Shown in pieces: positions 11,155 through 20,978 of a stretch of DNA of 64,000 nucleotides. This DNA is from Candidatus Heimdallarchaeota archaeon. Lineage in GTDB: Archaea > Asgardarchaeota > Heimdallarchaeia > Heimdallarchaeales > Heimdallarchaeaceae. How positions within the stretch are numbered: position 1 is the stretch's first letter; each line of letters starts with the position of its first letter. Both the position numbers and the translations under genes were made by a program. Under the pieces are notes generated by a model that was not told the origin of the DNA, searched no databases, and worked only from the letters and a program-made list of their open reading frames with translations. The DNA lies in assembly GCA_021399345.1 (NCBI GenBank), contig JAAFKI010000175.1, forward strand, positions 1-64,000, written 5' to 3'.

Positions 11155-11234
11155 TTTTTCTTTAATTTTGTAACTTTTTATTGAACTTGTTTTATAACAA
11201 CATTTTTTTAAAGAGTAGTTCTCAAAACTCAATC

Positions 11235-11420
11235 ATGTCTAAAATACCTTATCCAACAACAAAGTTCCTGAAGGTTAAATGCACTAGCTGTAACAATGAG
11301 CAAATAATATTTGATTCTGCTAAAATTGTTGTTAAATGCACTGTTTGTGAAGAAGATTTAGCTCAACCTCGTGGTGGTAAAGCTAAGATATTGGGTGAGA
11401 TAGTAGAAGTACTGTCTTAA
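11235..11420 (+). CDS. rps27e: Ribosomal protein eS27
   Basis: FLKVKCTSC..QIIF..CTVC..PRGGKAKI; ATG at 11235. Confidence 0.96.
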   Translation: MSKIPYPTTKFLKVKCTSCNNEQIIFDSAKIVVKCTVCEEDLAQPRGGKAKILGEIVEVLS

Positions 11421-11432
11421 TATTAAGAATTT

Positions 11433-12011
11433 TCACTCTTTTAATTCAATATTTTCAGTAATGCCTTTTATTACAAGACCTTTTGCGTTTTCCTTTGGTA
11501 GTAAACAAACATCTTCAATTTCAAAAGGTCCATATGTTTTACCATCCAAACCTTTGATTTTTTCTTTTGTACTTTGTATGAATCTAACTGCCACAAAATC
11601 TATTTCATCATCTAAATCTGTATCTTCACCAGTTACTGAGGGTAAACTCAAATCAGTGTATGCGACATCTTTTGGTGAAAAGACATCTTTTCGATAAATA
11701 TCATATACTTGTTTCATTCTTTCATAGAAATTTTGCTCCTCTCGAGCAAGATTCACATTTACCTCTTGTTTACTCATAACGATTTGGATAATTTTACTTG
11801 TTCTAAGTTTTAGTAAATCATTAATCACATATTTTAATCGATGTAATCTCTCTTCTAGTATCTTCTTGATAAGAGGATTAATTTCTTCTTTAGATTTGAC
11901 TGTTCTCACTTTCAAAAAATCTCTCATAGCACCATAGAAAGCTTCATTCATGGGAGTTAGTTGTTCTTTTTCCCGTTCTTCTTTCCATTTATTTTGAATT
12001 TTATCAAACAC
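11433..12011 (-). CDS. GINS complex subunit (Gins15-type)
   Basis: Helical A domain (LRTSKII), C-terminal B domain GLDGKTYGPF..EDVCLLP.ENA; adjacent to PCNA. Confidence 0.85.
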   Translation of the reverse strand: MFDKIQNKWKEEREKEQLTPMNEAFYGAMRDFLKVRTVKSKEEINPLIKKILEERLHRLKYVINDLLKLRTSKIIQIVMSKQEVNVNLAREEQNFYERMKQVYDIYRKDVFSPKDVAYTDLSLPSVTGEDTDLDDEIDFVAVRFIQSTKEKIKGLDGKTYGPFEIEDVCLLPKENAKGLVIKGITENIELKE

Positions 12012-12076
12012 AATGCTTCCTCAGTCAATTAGTAAGAAATAAAGAATAATCTCCCTCTTTAGTTTTAGCTTTCTTC

Positions 12077-12862
12077 TTAATCCTCAATTTCTTCGCTTTC
12101 TTCTATTCTTGGTGCAACAAAGTAAATCAGATGTCCTTTATCTTCAATTTCATACACCAATCTAATTGGTTGTTCTCGATTGAATGACATTCTAACATAA
12201 TCAGAAGAACGTATACCTCTTAGAAAGTTTGAAAGAAAATCAAGTGAGTACATTGCTTCGGATTCTCCAGAAACTAGAAAAGCCCCTGTTTCCATTTCTT
12301 CACTTTGAGGTTCAATGAAAGTATCCATTTCCTTTGTATCACTTTCTGCTCCGAAGAAGATACCTTCTTCCTTTGCTCTTATTTTCAAGTAATCACTTAC
12401 CATTTCTGCATCTTTTAGAACTTGCTGAATAAATGATGCTTTAATCTCAAAATTTGTATCAAATTCAATGTGAATGGAATCTGGAATATTTCCTTCTTCT
12501 GGAATATCAATTATTGATAGAGCAAATTTTCTTTGCTGATTTTGTCCTATAAATTCTACAACAAATCTTTTTGTTGTATCATCGAAAGACATTCTTAGCT
12601 GCTCATTAGTCTTTGCTGTTTTTAATATTGTATTCAATGTTTCCAAACTCAAACCTATAGGATCAGCATCCTTAGCTTCATATTTTTGAAAAGCTTCCTT
12701 TTTCATGAAGAAATCTATCATGGAAATGCGAGTTGCATCAAAAGCTTTAATTCGGATACCATCCTCTTCGACATTTATTCTGCTTTCTGCAACTATTGAA
12801 CTTATAATTGACACTATATTGGACATCAATTTCGCGTCTTCTAATACCATTTGAAAAGCCAT
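12077..12862 (-). CDS. pcn: PCNA sliding clamp
   Basis: AFDATRISMI, AMYSLDFL, YFVAPRIE. Confidence 0.95.
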   Translation of the reverse strand: MAFQMVLEDAKLMSNIVSIISSIVAESRINVEEDGIRIKAFDATRISMIDFFMKKEAFQKYEAKDADPIGLSLETLNTILKTAKTNEQLRMSFDDTTKRFVVEFIGQNQQRKFALSIIDIPEEGNIPDSIHIEFDTNFEIKASFIQQVLKDAEMVSDYLKIRAKEEGIFFGAESDTKEMDTFIEPQSEEMETGAFLVSGESEAMYSLDFLSNFLRGIRSSDYVRMSFNREQPIRLVYEIEDKGHLIYFVAPRIEESEEIED

Positions 12863-12956
12863 TATTATACCCCAATACTTTTACTTAAATTATGAATTTA
12901 CCTCTTTTTCTCTTTTTATCTTTTCACTATATAAGGGAATCGTCTATCAAAACCTA

Positions 12957-13319
12957 TCATGTATTAACTCTTCTTAAGGATTGCTCAAGTTCATTTATTT
13001 GTTTGTAAACTTCTAAATCTACACCATTGAAATTCTGAATAAATGAACCTCTCATTTGTTTCTCAGGATGCAATTCCACATACCCAAGAGCTCGTATTTG
13101 TAAACCTTCCTTAAGATCAACACTAATATTTTCTGGCAGGATTATTGTAATTTGTTCATATCCATCATCAAGTAGTATTGCTAAATCTGTAATTTCTGCT
13201 ATCTTGCCCACTATTCGGTATTTACCAGGTTTTTGAATCTCTGCAATATTTACATCAATGAACGGTTTATCTTTGTAGGGTTTTTCAAAATCTGATTCAC
13301 TCATTAAAGTTACATCCAA
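12957..13319 (-). CDS. Single OB-fold protein, RPA14/RPA3-like
   Basis: YRIVGKI, LLDDG, IRALG strands plus C-terminal helix (VDLEVYKQINELE); between TFS and PCNA. Confidence 0.6.
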   Translation of the reverse strand: MDVTLMSESDFEKPYKDKPFIDVNIAEIQKPGKYRIVGKIAEITDLAILLDDGYEQITIILPENISVDLKEGLQIRALGYVELHPEKQMRGSFIQNFNGVDLEVYKQINELEQSLRRVNT

Positions 13320-13673
13320 TTAATCGTATTCTCTCCAAGTTTTATCACATTTGGTGCAACGGAAGAATCTTGTTGGTGATTCATCAGCACTTCTTGTTTG
13401 TATCATCCAAAAACTGACTTTTTGAATCTTTTTGCAGTCTTCGCAATACTTGTCTTCTGTGGGTTTTGTTGAATCTGCTTTTGTTTCATCAAATACTGTT
13501 GTCATCTCTTTAATTAAGTTGTGTTCGACTTCCTCAGTAAAGGCTACTTCTTCATTTTCACCTAAATCACGTTTAAATCCGCATTTAAGGCAAATTAGAA
13601 TAGTTTCATTATTTTTATTTTTTTCAGTATGAAGTAATTTTCCACATTTGGGACAGAAATCCAAGCATATCAC
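13320..13673 (-). CDS. tfs: Transcription elongation factor TFS
   Basis: FCPKCG, QTRSADESPTRFFRCTKC with intact DE dyad; start may be TTG at 13664. Confidence 0.93.
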   Translation of the reverse strand: MICLDFCPKCGKLLHTEKNKNNETILICLKCGFKRDLGENEEVAFTEEVEHNLIKEMTTVFDETKADSTKPTEDKYCEDCKKIQKVSFWMIQTRSADESPTRFFRCTKCDKTWREYD

Positions 13674-13794
13674 CTACTTTCTTCTTAAATACAGTAATTT
13701 TCAGTTATACCAAGTCTATTTAAGCTCATAGAAAAATGTTTTTGAATTTGTCTTCTTTTATCAGTTTAAATTCAACCTCCTATGGTGAACAAAT

Positions 13795-14322
13795 TTGTCA
13801 ACATGCGAAATGTGTGGTAGTGAGATATACGCGAGACCAATTACAATAAAGATAGAAGGAGCTGAATTATTAGTTTGTCCAGCTTGTGCCAAACACGGAA
13901 AACCAGTTGTTAAGAGATCACCAAAGAAACCAACAGCTAGTTCTAGAACCTCGCCTTCACGTTCAGCATATACTCCAAGAACATCCACTTCATCACAACC
14001 TCGAAGAAGAGAGAGATTTGGTAGTGAAAAGGAGCTTGTTACTGATTATGCTGAAAAACTAAGATTAGCTAGACAAAAAATGAAGCTTACTCAGAAGGAA
14101 GTTTCAATTCAAACTAAAATATCTGTATCTGAATTACAAAGTCTTGAAACTGGTAAGATGAGACCATCAGATGATTTAATTAGTAGATTAGAAAAGTTCT
14201 ACAATATTAAAATGACTGAGGAAATTCAAGCTTATGGTTCAAAAGACCAAAAAAAGGGTTCAGCATTTCAAACCTTAGGTGACATAGTAGTAATCAAAAA
14301 GAAGAAGGATGAGGAAGAGTAA
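13795..14322 (+). CDS. mbf1: Archaeal multiprotein bridging factor MBF1
   Basis: CEMCG..IEGAELLVC..C Zn ribbon, HTH, TLGD motif. Confidence 0.93.
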   Translation: MSTCEMCGSEIYARPITIKIEGAELLVCPACAKHGKPVVKRSPKKPTASSRTSPSRSAYTPRTSTSSQPRRRERFGSEKELVTDYAEKLRLARQKMKLTQKEVSIQTKISVSELQSLETGKMRPSDDLISRLEKFYNIKMTEEIQAYGSKDQKKGSAFQTLGDIVVIKKKKDEEE

Positions 14323-14337
14323 TTTTCTTTTTAGCTC

Positions 14338-14550
14338 TCATGAAAGTGAAATAACTTCAATTTTTGATGAGAGATCACTAATTATTGCTTCTGCTTCTTT
14401 CAGAGGAAGTTTAATTGTATAAAGCCTCTTCTTTGTTCTAAATTTGAGCTTGATATCGCTTTTATGACGTTTTGTTCTCAATTCACCTTTCTGGTCTATA
14501 GTTAGCTGAATAATTTCTTCTAATCTATCTTTAGTTATTTCGCTAGGCAT
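14338..14550 (-). CDS. rpl38e: Ribosomal protein eL38
   Basis: MPSEI start, KLKFRTKKRLYT motif, 70 aa. Confidence 0.85.
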   Translation of the reverse strand: MPSEITKDRLEEIIQLTIDQKGELRTKRHKSDIKLKFRTKKRLYTIKLPLKEAEAIISDLSSKIEVISLS

Positions 14551-14660
14551 TTGCAGTCGAGTTGTGTCACTTAAATTTTCTTAAAAAAGTTTTGATATAA
14601 GGTTTTTACTGAATTTCAACAAAATATAAAAAATGAACAGGATTCTTTAGTTAGAGAAAG

Positions 14661-15191
14661 ATGGAAAATTCAATTATTCCTACAAAAGATCAGTGTATGT
14701 ATATCTTGAAAAAATACAAGACTCCAAACACTGTAATTCAACACTGTTTAATAGTTACAGGTATTGTTGAAGAGTTCTGTTTGAAGATACCACAAGTTAA
14801 CAGAAAAATCGCTATTGCAGGGGCTATGTTGCATGACATCGGTAGAACTATTAATCATTCTATTTCTCATGCAATAAATGGTGCTGAAATTCTAGAAAAA
14901 GAGAATATTGATTCGAGAATCATTGCAATAGTCAGGAACCACATTGGAACAGGAATAGTCAAAGAAGAAGCAAAAAAACTAGGATTACCCTCAGAAGATT
15001 ACGTCCCTGAAACACTAGAAGAAGAAATTGTTTCATATTCTGATAATCTTACATCAGGTAACGATAAATGCTCTTTTGAGGAAAAGCTTGATCACTTCAT
15101 TCAAAAATTTGGAGAAGAATCTCACGTTGTTAAAGGATTTTTCAGACAAAAAAAATTACTTAACAGTTTAATAAAATTAAATAAAGTATAA
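14661..15191 (+). CDS. HD-domain phosphohydrolase (HDIG)
   Basis: HC, LHDIGR, H..GA, HIGTG, PETLEEEIVSYSD. Confidence 0.88.
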   Translation: MENSIIPTKDQCMYILKKYKTPNTVIQHCLIVTGIVEEFCLKIPQVNRKIAIAGAMLHDIGRTINHSISHAINGAEILEKENIDSRIIAIVRNHIGTGIVKEEAKKLGLPSEDYVPETLEEEIVSYSDNLTSGNDKCSFEEKLDHFIQKFGEESHVVKGFFRQKKLLNSLIKLNKV

Positions 15192-15205
15192 AAAGAGGGA
15201 TATTT

Positions 15206-16408
15206 TCAAATATATCCAGTTGTTACTCGGGCAGTTGTTTCTTTATCTCCAGTGATTTTCTTTATAGCATCGACGAAATCTTGATTTACAACGTGATCTC
15301 TCTCTGTACGTATAGCAAACATTCCTGCTTCTGTACAGATGTTTTTGATGTCGGCCCCACTGCCACCTTCTGTCATTTGAACCAAATATTTTATATCCAC
15401 ATCTCCCTTAATATTCATCCCTTTAGTGTGAATCTTGAATATCACAGTTCTACTTTCTGCATTTGGAAGAGGTGTTTCTATAATTCTATCAAATCTACCA
15501 GGTCTTAGCATCGCGGAATCTAAAATATCTATCCGGTTAGTGGCTGCAATAATTTTAACGTCTCCTCTAGCATTGAAACCATCTAATTCTGAAAGAAGCT
15601 GCATTAAGGTTCTTTGAACCTCTCTATCACCACTAGTAGCAAGGTCTATTCTTCTACTTCCTATTGCATCCAATTCATCAATAAATAAAACACTTGGAGC
15701 ATTTTCCCTAGCAAATTCGAAAATTTCTCTTACTAACCTTGCACCATCACCAATGAATTTTTGCACAAGTTCACTCCCTATCAATCGAATGAAAGAAGCT
15801 TGAGTTTCGTTAGCAACTGCTTTAGCTAGCAAAGTTTTTCCAGTCCCAGGAGCTCCATGTAAAAGCACTCCTTTTGGAGGATCTATACCTATTTTCTCAA
15901 ATAACTCTGGCTTCAACAGAGGCAATTCAACTGTTTCTATAATCTCTTGTATCTGAGCATCTAGACCACCAATATCCACATATCTTTCAGTTGGTTTTTC
16001 GAGGAGTTCCATCTTTTGAACCATGGGGTCATACGAAGCAGGCAAGATATTTACAATAGCAAAAGTTCTTTGATTTAGTGCAACACGAGTATCAGGTTTC
16101 AGATTGTTTATATCAACTTGACGTGAGATTGATACAACAAGATTTGGACCTGTTGTGCTTCTAACTACAGCTGTTTTGTTATCAAGTGTTTCCACGATAT
16201 AACCCATAAAAAGCGGAGGAGATCTTAACCTTTCAAGTTCTACTTTCAGATTGTTTACTTCTCGTTGAAGTCTCAATCTTTCGCTTTCTACCATCTGTTT
16301 TTCTGTTTCTAACTGTCTTGCTTGTCTTTCTAAGTGATGAGCATATGAAATTAAATAAGCAGGATCATTTTGATCTGGTTCAGAACTTTCTTTTGACAGT
16401 CTTAGCAC
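15206..16408 (-). CDS. pan: Proteasome-activating nucleotidase
   Basis: Coiled coil-OB-AAA+; [19 protein letters not shown]; C-terminal GYI. Confidence 0.96.
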   Translation of the reverse strand: MLRLSKESSEPDQNDPAYLISYAHHLERQARQLETEKQMVESERLRLQREVNNLKVELERLRSPPLFMGYIVETLDNKTAVVRSTTGPNLVVSISRQVDINNLKPDTRVALNQRTFAIVNILPASYDPMVQKMELLEKPTERYVDIGGLDAQIQEIIETVELPLLKPELFEKIGIDPPKGVLLHGAPGTGKTLLAKAVANETQASFIRLIGSELVQKFIGDGARLVREIFEFARENAPSVLFIDELDAIGSRRIDLATSGDREVQRTLMQLLSELDGFNARGDVKIIAATNRIDILDSAMLRPGRFDRIIETPLPNAESRTVIFKIHTKGMNIKGDVDIKYLVQMTEGGSGADIKNICTEAGMFAIRTERDHVVNQDFVDAIKKITGDKETTARVTTGYI

Positions 16409-16585
16409 CCTCGGTATTTCTCAGTATTTTCTTATCTAAATAAATATAAAAGTCTATATATAATATACTTTACTTATTGTTTTAATTCATTAATTAATTG
16501 TTTTGTTAAGTATTCTATCCTCTGCGAAAAAACTACTAAACAACCAAATCAGCAACTTTAAGTGTATTTTAAATTAATTACCGGT

Positions 16586-17116
16586 ATGAAACTAGCTGTA
16601 CTCCGGTTATCACATAGAGTTGTAAGAGACAAGAGAATCTCTACACATTTGGCATTAACAGCTAGAGCTTTTGGAGCATCTGAATTTTTCTACACAGGAG
16701 ATCATGATACACATGTGGAAGACAGTATTCAAAAAATACAGCAAGAATGGGGAGGAAATTTATCTGCAACACACATTGGAAAACCTTGGAATTTCTTGAA
16801 AGATTGGAAGAAACAAGGTGGAGTAGTGATTCATCTAACGATGTATGGTATTGAGCTATCCGATAAATTACAGGAAATCCAAGATTTGGAGAAGGAGGAG
16901 ATTCTGATTGTGGTTGGTGGAGTTAAAGTTCCGGGTCAAGTTTTCGAACTCGCAGATTATAATATAGCGATTGGAAATCAACCACATAGCGAAGTTGCAG
17001 CACTTGCAGTTTTTCTTGATAGGATTACAGAAGGAGAAGCAAGAAAACAAAAATTCCAAGATGCAAATTATGAAATTGTTCCTATGGAGAGGGGAAAGCA
17101 AGCCAATAAGATTTAA
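16586..17116 (+). CDS. trm56: tRNA (cytidine(56)-2'-O)-methyltransferase
   Basis: LRLSHR..RDKRISTH, HLTMYG, NQPHSEVAALA. Confidence 0.95.
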   Translation: MKLAVLRLSHRVVRDKRISTHLALTARAFGASEFFYTGDHDTHVEDSIQKIQQEWGGNLSATHIGKPWNFLKDWKKQGGVVIHLTMYGIELSDKLQEIQDLEKEEILIVVGGVKVPGQVFELADYNIAIGNQPHSEVAALAVFLDRITEGEARKQKFQDANYEIVPMERGKQANKI

Positions 17117-17128
17117 GGTGATAAAAAT

Positions 17129-17920
17129 ATGCAAAAAATAATTACTCTTGAAAAAACCTACATTGTTGCTAAGCATAGTTCAGAAAAAGCTTTTACTTAC
17201 ATATTAAACAAAGAGTTTGAGAATTTAGATGTAAAAGTTAAGGGAATAAGTTTCACTAAGGAAAGATATGCCGAAGTTACATTAGAAGGGGAAGATGAGG
17301 AAATAGCTAAAAATATCTTAATAAAAAATTATGGAACAATACGAAGCATTGGAGATTTGCAAGAGGGAGATGCTATTTATGGTAGATTTAGAGAGGTAGG
17401 GGAAGTTAAGTTTGGTTTGTTCATAGACTGTGGTATAACAAGCACAACCCAAAACATAGATGCCTTGTATCCATTATTCGAGATGAGAGAGCAATTGACT
17501 CAAGGCAAAAAAGTTCCTCTAATGAATATGGTTAGAGCATATGGTTTCATAGATAATTTACCAATGTTCTTTGAGATAATAAAAAAACAAGTCCTAGGAT
17601 CTAAAGTTTGGGTTAAACTTTCTGAAGAATCCCTCAAATGGTTGAAAAGTGCATTAAAAGAAAAGAAAGAGTCATTAATTATCTGTGGAACCACAAGAAG
17701 AAAGATAAAGCATGCCCTTATCGGTTCAAATCATGCCGAAGACATTGAAGTAATAGAAAGAATAGGTTTACTTGAATATAGACTAATTTGTAAAAGAGGA
17801 ACTAGAGCAGATGGTTTGATTCCTGAATTAGGGTATCTCTTAGGAAGAGCAAAGATTGGAGCTCAAGTTCCTAGCAGGGTAAAAGAATTAACTAAAGTCC
17901 AAAAAGAGGCGGAAGGTTGA
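17129..17920 (+). CDS. DUF2110-like conserved archaeal protein
   Basis: GEVKFGLFID, IERIGLLE..LICK.GT.A.GLI; follows trm56. Confidence 0.7.
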   Translation: MQKIITLEKTYIVAKHSSEKAFTYILNKEFENLDVKVKGISFTKERYAEVTLEGEDEEIAKNILIKNYGTIRSIGDLQEGDAIYGRFREVGEVKFGLFIDCGITSTTQNIDALYPLFEMREQLTQGKKVPLMNMVRAYGFIDNLPMFFEIIKKQVLGSKVWVKLSEESLKWLKSALKEKKESLIICGTTRRKIKHALIGSNHAEDIEVIERIGLLEYRLICKRGTRADGLIPELGYLLGRAKIGAQVPSRVKELTKVQKEAEG

Positions 17921-18051
17921 GAATTAGAAAACCATTTCAATTCATCAGAAAACAACTTTTATTCACTCTGTAGGCAATCTATAAAAATTCTAATTCTAAA
18001 ATGATACTATGAATATGGAAGAAATTGCTGAGATCTTAAAAAACGATGTAA

Positions 18052-18609
18052 TTAATCTTCTTTTATTTGACTAAGGTACAGCTTTCTGAATTTGTTAACT
18101 TTAGGTTCAATTACGACTCTACAGTATGGTTGTGATGAATTAAGCTTAAAGTAATTCTGATGATATTCCTCTGCTTGGTAGAATTTATCAAACGAAGTTA
18201 CCTCTGTAACTATGGGATTACTCCATTTCTTTGAGCTATTCAATACAGAGATCATCTCTTCAATAATCTTCTTTTGTTCTTCAGAATGATAAAATATTGC
18301 AGATTTATATTGAGAACCAACATCATTACCTTGGCGGTTCAATGTAGTTGGATCATGTATCGTAAAGAAGAGTTCTAGAATTTCTTTGAATGTAACTATT
18401 TCTGGATTGAATATTATTTGAACAACTTCTGCATGACCTGTTGACCCCGAGCAAACCTGTTCATATGTAGGATTATCAATTTTACCTCCAGAATAACCTG
18501 ATTCTGCTGTTTCTACGCCTTTTAATTCTCTATAAACAGCTTCAATACACCAAAAGCATCCCCCACCTAGTGTAATAGTTTCCATATCTATTTCGTCTGT
18601 CATTTTCAA
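18052..18609 (-). CDS. msrA: Peptide methionine sulfoxide reductase A
   Basis: GGGCFWC, HDPT.LNRQGND, AEEYHQNY. Confidence 0.96.
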   Translation of the reverse strand: MKMTDEIDMETITLGGGCFWCIEAVYRELKGVETAESGYSGGKIDNPTYEQVCSGSTGHAEVVQIIFNPEIVTFKEILELFFTIHDPTTLNRQGNDVGSQYKSAIFYHSEEQKKIIEEMISVLNSSKKWSNPIVTEVTSFDKFYQAEEYHQNYFKLNSSQPYCRVVIEPKVNKFRKLYLSQIKED

Positions 18610-18701
18610 ATCTCTTTTTGTTATTATAAAGAAAAGAACTCACTAAATTAAAGAATGTTTGAAATTAATTAAAGACTAGTATTGACCAAAAGGAGAAGTA
18701 G

Positions 18702-18779
18702 TGGTGGGGCAGAGCGGAGTTGAACCGCTGACTTCCTCGGTGTAAGCGAGGTATCATAACCAGGCTAGATCACTGCCCC
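18702..18779 (-). tRNA. tRNA-Val(TAC), no intron
   Basis: GGGGCAG/CTGCCCC+ACCA; anticodon arm CCTCG-CTTACAC-CGAGG. Confidence 0.96.
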
Positions 18780-18914
18780 TTGTTTTGTTGGTTATATTTC
18801 TTCTGCTAGTTGTTTTCATTTTAAACTTTTGGTTAATTAATTTTACTTTCTGCTGCTACTCTTACGATTTACTTATATATTTCTCTGTATAGATTTGAAG
18901 GTGGAGAAAGCCCT

Positions 18915-19727
18915 ATGTCTGATACTGAGGAACTTACCTTAAAGCTTAAAGCTCTTGGTTTAACTCAATATGAGGTTAAAACTTTAATCACTTTAGTAGC
19001 TCTTTCATCTTCTACTGCAGAAGAAATTCACAAACAGACAGACATCCCCACACCAAGAATTTATGACACTATTGACAACTTAGAGAAAAAAGGATTGGTT
19101 CGAACAATATCAGGGAGACCCAAGCGTTTTGAAGTAATTACTCTAAAGAAGGGATTGGATAACCTTCTAAGATTTAAAGAGCAAGAATATCACGATGAAC
19201 TTGATAAGATGGCAACAGTTTCACAGGAAATCATGTCTCTTTTAAGTGATCCAGAGTATCAATCAAAATTAGTTATCAAACCAGATGAACTACTTGAAGC
19301 ATACTCTTCTCTGGAAGAGATGCAGCTAAAGACTAAGGATATTATTAGAAAAGGAGAGAAAGAGATATCGATTTTTACTAATGTCTTCTATTGGTATGAT
19401 GATGTCAAAAAAGAAATCAAAGATGCACTAGATAAAGGAGTTAAAGTTAGAGTCATAATGAGTATAGACGATTCCAAATCAAAAGATGTTGCAAGAAATC
19501 TTCTGGATATAGGTGCTCAAGTAAGAAGTATTACAGAGGGAAATGTTCTAGCTCGTGGTACTTTAGTAGATGAAGAACAAGTTGTCTTTGTTATTTGGGT
19601 TTCACCAGTTAAACATGAGAAGTATGTTTATCGTCCCCACTTCTCCTCTAATTCTGGAATCATTGAGATTTTTTCCAATAATTTTGAACATTTGTGGGTG
19701 AAGAGTAAAGAAATTTCCTTTGAATAA
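18915..19727 (+). CDS. TrmB-family transcriptional regulator
   Basis: LGLTQYE..IPTPRIYD..LEKKGLV..GRPKRF wHTH plus C-terminal effector domain. Confidence 0.9.
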   Translation: MSDTEELTLKLKALGLTQYEVKTLITLVALSSSTAEEIHKQTDIPTPRIYDTIDNLEKKGLVRTISGRPKRFEVITLKKGLDNLLRFKEQEYHDELDKMATVSQEIMSLLSDPEYQSKLVIKPDELLEAYSSLEEMQLKTKDIIRKGEKEISIFTNVFYWYDDVKKEIKDALDKGVKVRVIMSIDDSKSKDVARNLLDIGAQVRSITEGNVLARGTLVDEEQVVFVIWVSPVKHEKYVYRPHFSSNSGIIEIFSNNFEHLWVKSKEISFE

Positions 19728-19747
19728 TCTTTCTGGAAGTAAAAATT

Positions 19748-20872
19748 ATGATTGATTTGGACGAACAAAACCGCATTATTGAAATTGATAAATCTAATCA
19801 ACTTCAAATTCTTGAGAAGTGGTCATCTCTGTTTAAAGAGGCTCGAGAAAATAGTCTAAAAACAGTTATTCCTGAAAAAATACTTTGGAAAGATAAGAGT
19901 ATAAAATATGTTGAACCGTCCAACATAGTAGTTTGTGGAATGGGGGGTTCAGCTATTGCAGGTGATTATTTATCCAGTTTGTTAAAAAACGAACTCAAAA
20001 TTCCAATTTTAGTTAATAGAGACTATTACTTACCTGCTTTCAGTAACAGCTCTACCTTGATTATATGTGTTAGTTATTCAGGAAACACAGAAGAAACTCT
20101 CTCTTGTTTCAAAGACGCTCTTACTAAAGGTACTATGATTATAACTATCTCTTCAGGGGGGCTTTTGGAAAAACTCTCTAAGAAGTGTAATGTACCTCAC
20201 ATAAAAATACGAGAGGGAATACCACCTAGAACAGGTTTACCCTTAATTTACACGTCTCTTCTAACAATATTAGAAAAATTCAAACTTATCGAAGACATGA
20301 GCAATGATTTTGAGGAAACAGAGAAAATATTGGCAGAATTATCTGTTGAATATTCTCCTGAAAAAAAGACGGAAGGAAATTTCGCAAAGAAGATTGCTTA
20401 TGGATTATACAATAAACTACCCCTATTTGTGGGTCATACTATCTATTCTCCTGTATCCTACAGAGCTAAATCAGAACTAAACGAAAATAGCAAAATAATG
20501 GCAATTAGTGAAGAGGTTCCAGAACAGAATCATAATGGTATCGTTGCTTGGGATAATCCCAATATTGTGTTAAACAATGTGGCGGTAATCTTAATCAGAG
20601 ATAAAAAGGAATCAAACCCCATTAAAGTCAGAATGGAACAATTAAAGAAAATAATCGAACAAAAAACAGAAAAGGTTCTAGAATTATATCCAAAAGGAGA
20701 ATCTAAATTAGCTAAACAAATTAGTTTAACCTACCTAATTGATATAACAAGCATATACCTTGCAGTACTATACGAAGTTGATCCATCTATTACTCCAAGT
20801 ATTGATAATCTAAAGGAAGTGCTAAAAAAGAAACTTAATCTCCAGGATAAAATTGAAAAGGAATTTGAGTAA
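19748..20872 (+). CDS. Bifunctional phosphoglucose/phosphomannose isomerase
   Basis: GMGGS, SYSGNTEET, SSGG, ENSK, PEQNHN. Confidence 0.92.
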   Translation: MIDLDEQNRIIEIDKSNQLQILEKWSSLFKEARENSLKTVIPEKILWKDKSIKYVEPSNIVVCGMGGSAIAGDYLSSLLKNELKIPILVNRDYYLPAFSNSSTLIICVSYSGNTEETLSCFKDALTKGTMIITISSGGLLEKLSKKCNVPHIKIREGIPPRTGLPLIYTSLLTILEKFKLIEDMSNDFEETEKILAELSVEYSPEKKTEGNFAKKIAYGLYNKLPLFVGHTIYSPVSYRAKSELNENSKIMAISEEVPEQNHNGIVAWDNPNIVLNNVAVILIRDKKESNPIKVRMEQLKKIIEQKTEKVLELYPKGESKLAKQISLTYLIDITSIYLAVLYEVDPSITPSIDNLKEVLKKKLNLQDKIEKEFE

Positions 20873-20978
20873 ACTGCTTAAACCCTCCTTTTACAGATTA
20901 TCCAATAGAAAGTTTTAATAAGGAAATCATTTTTACTTATTTAGAGTAAAAACCAGTGAAATACTTTAAGTGTTGCTT

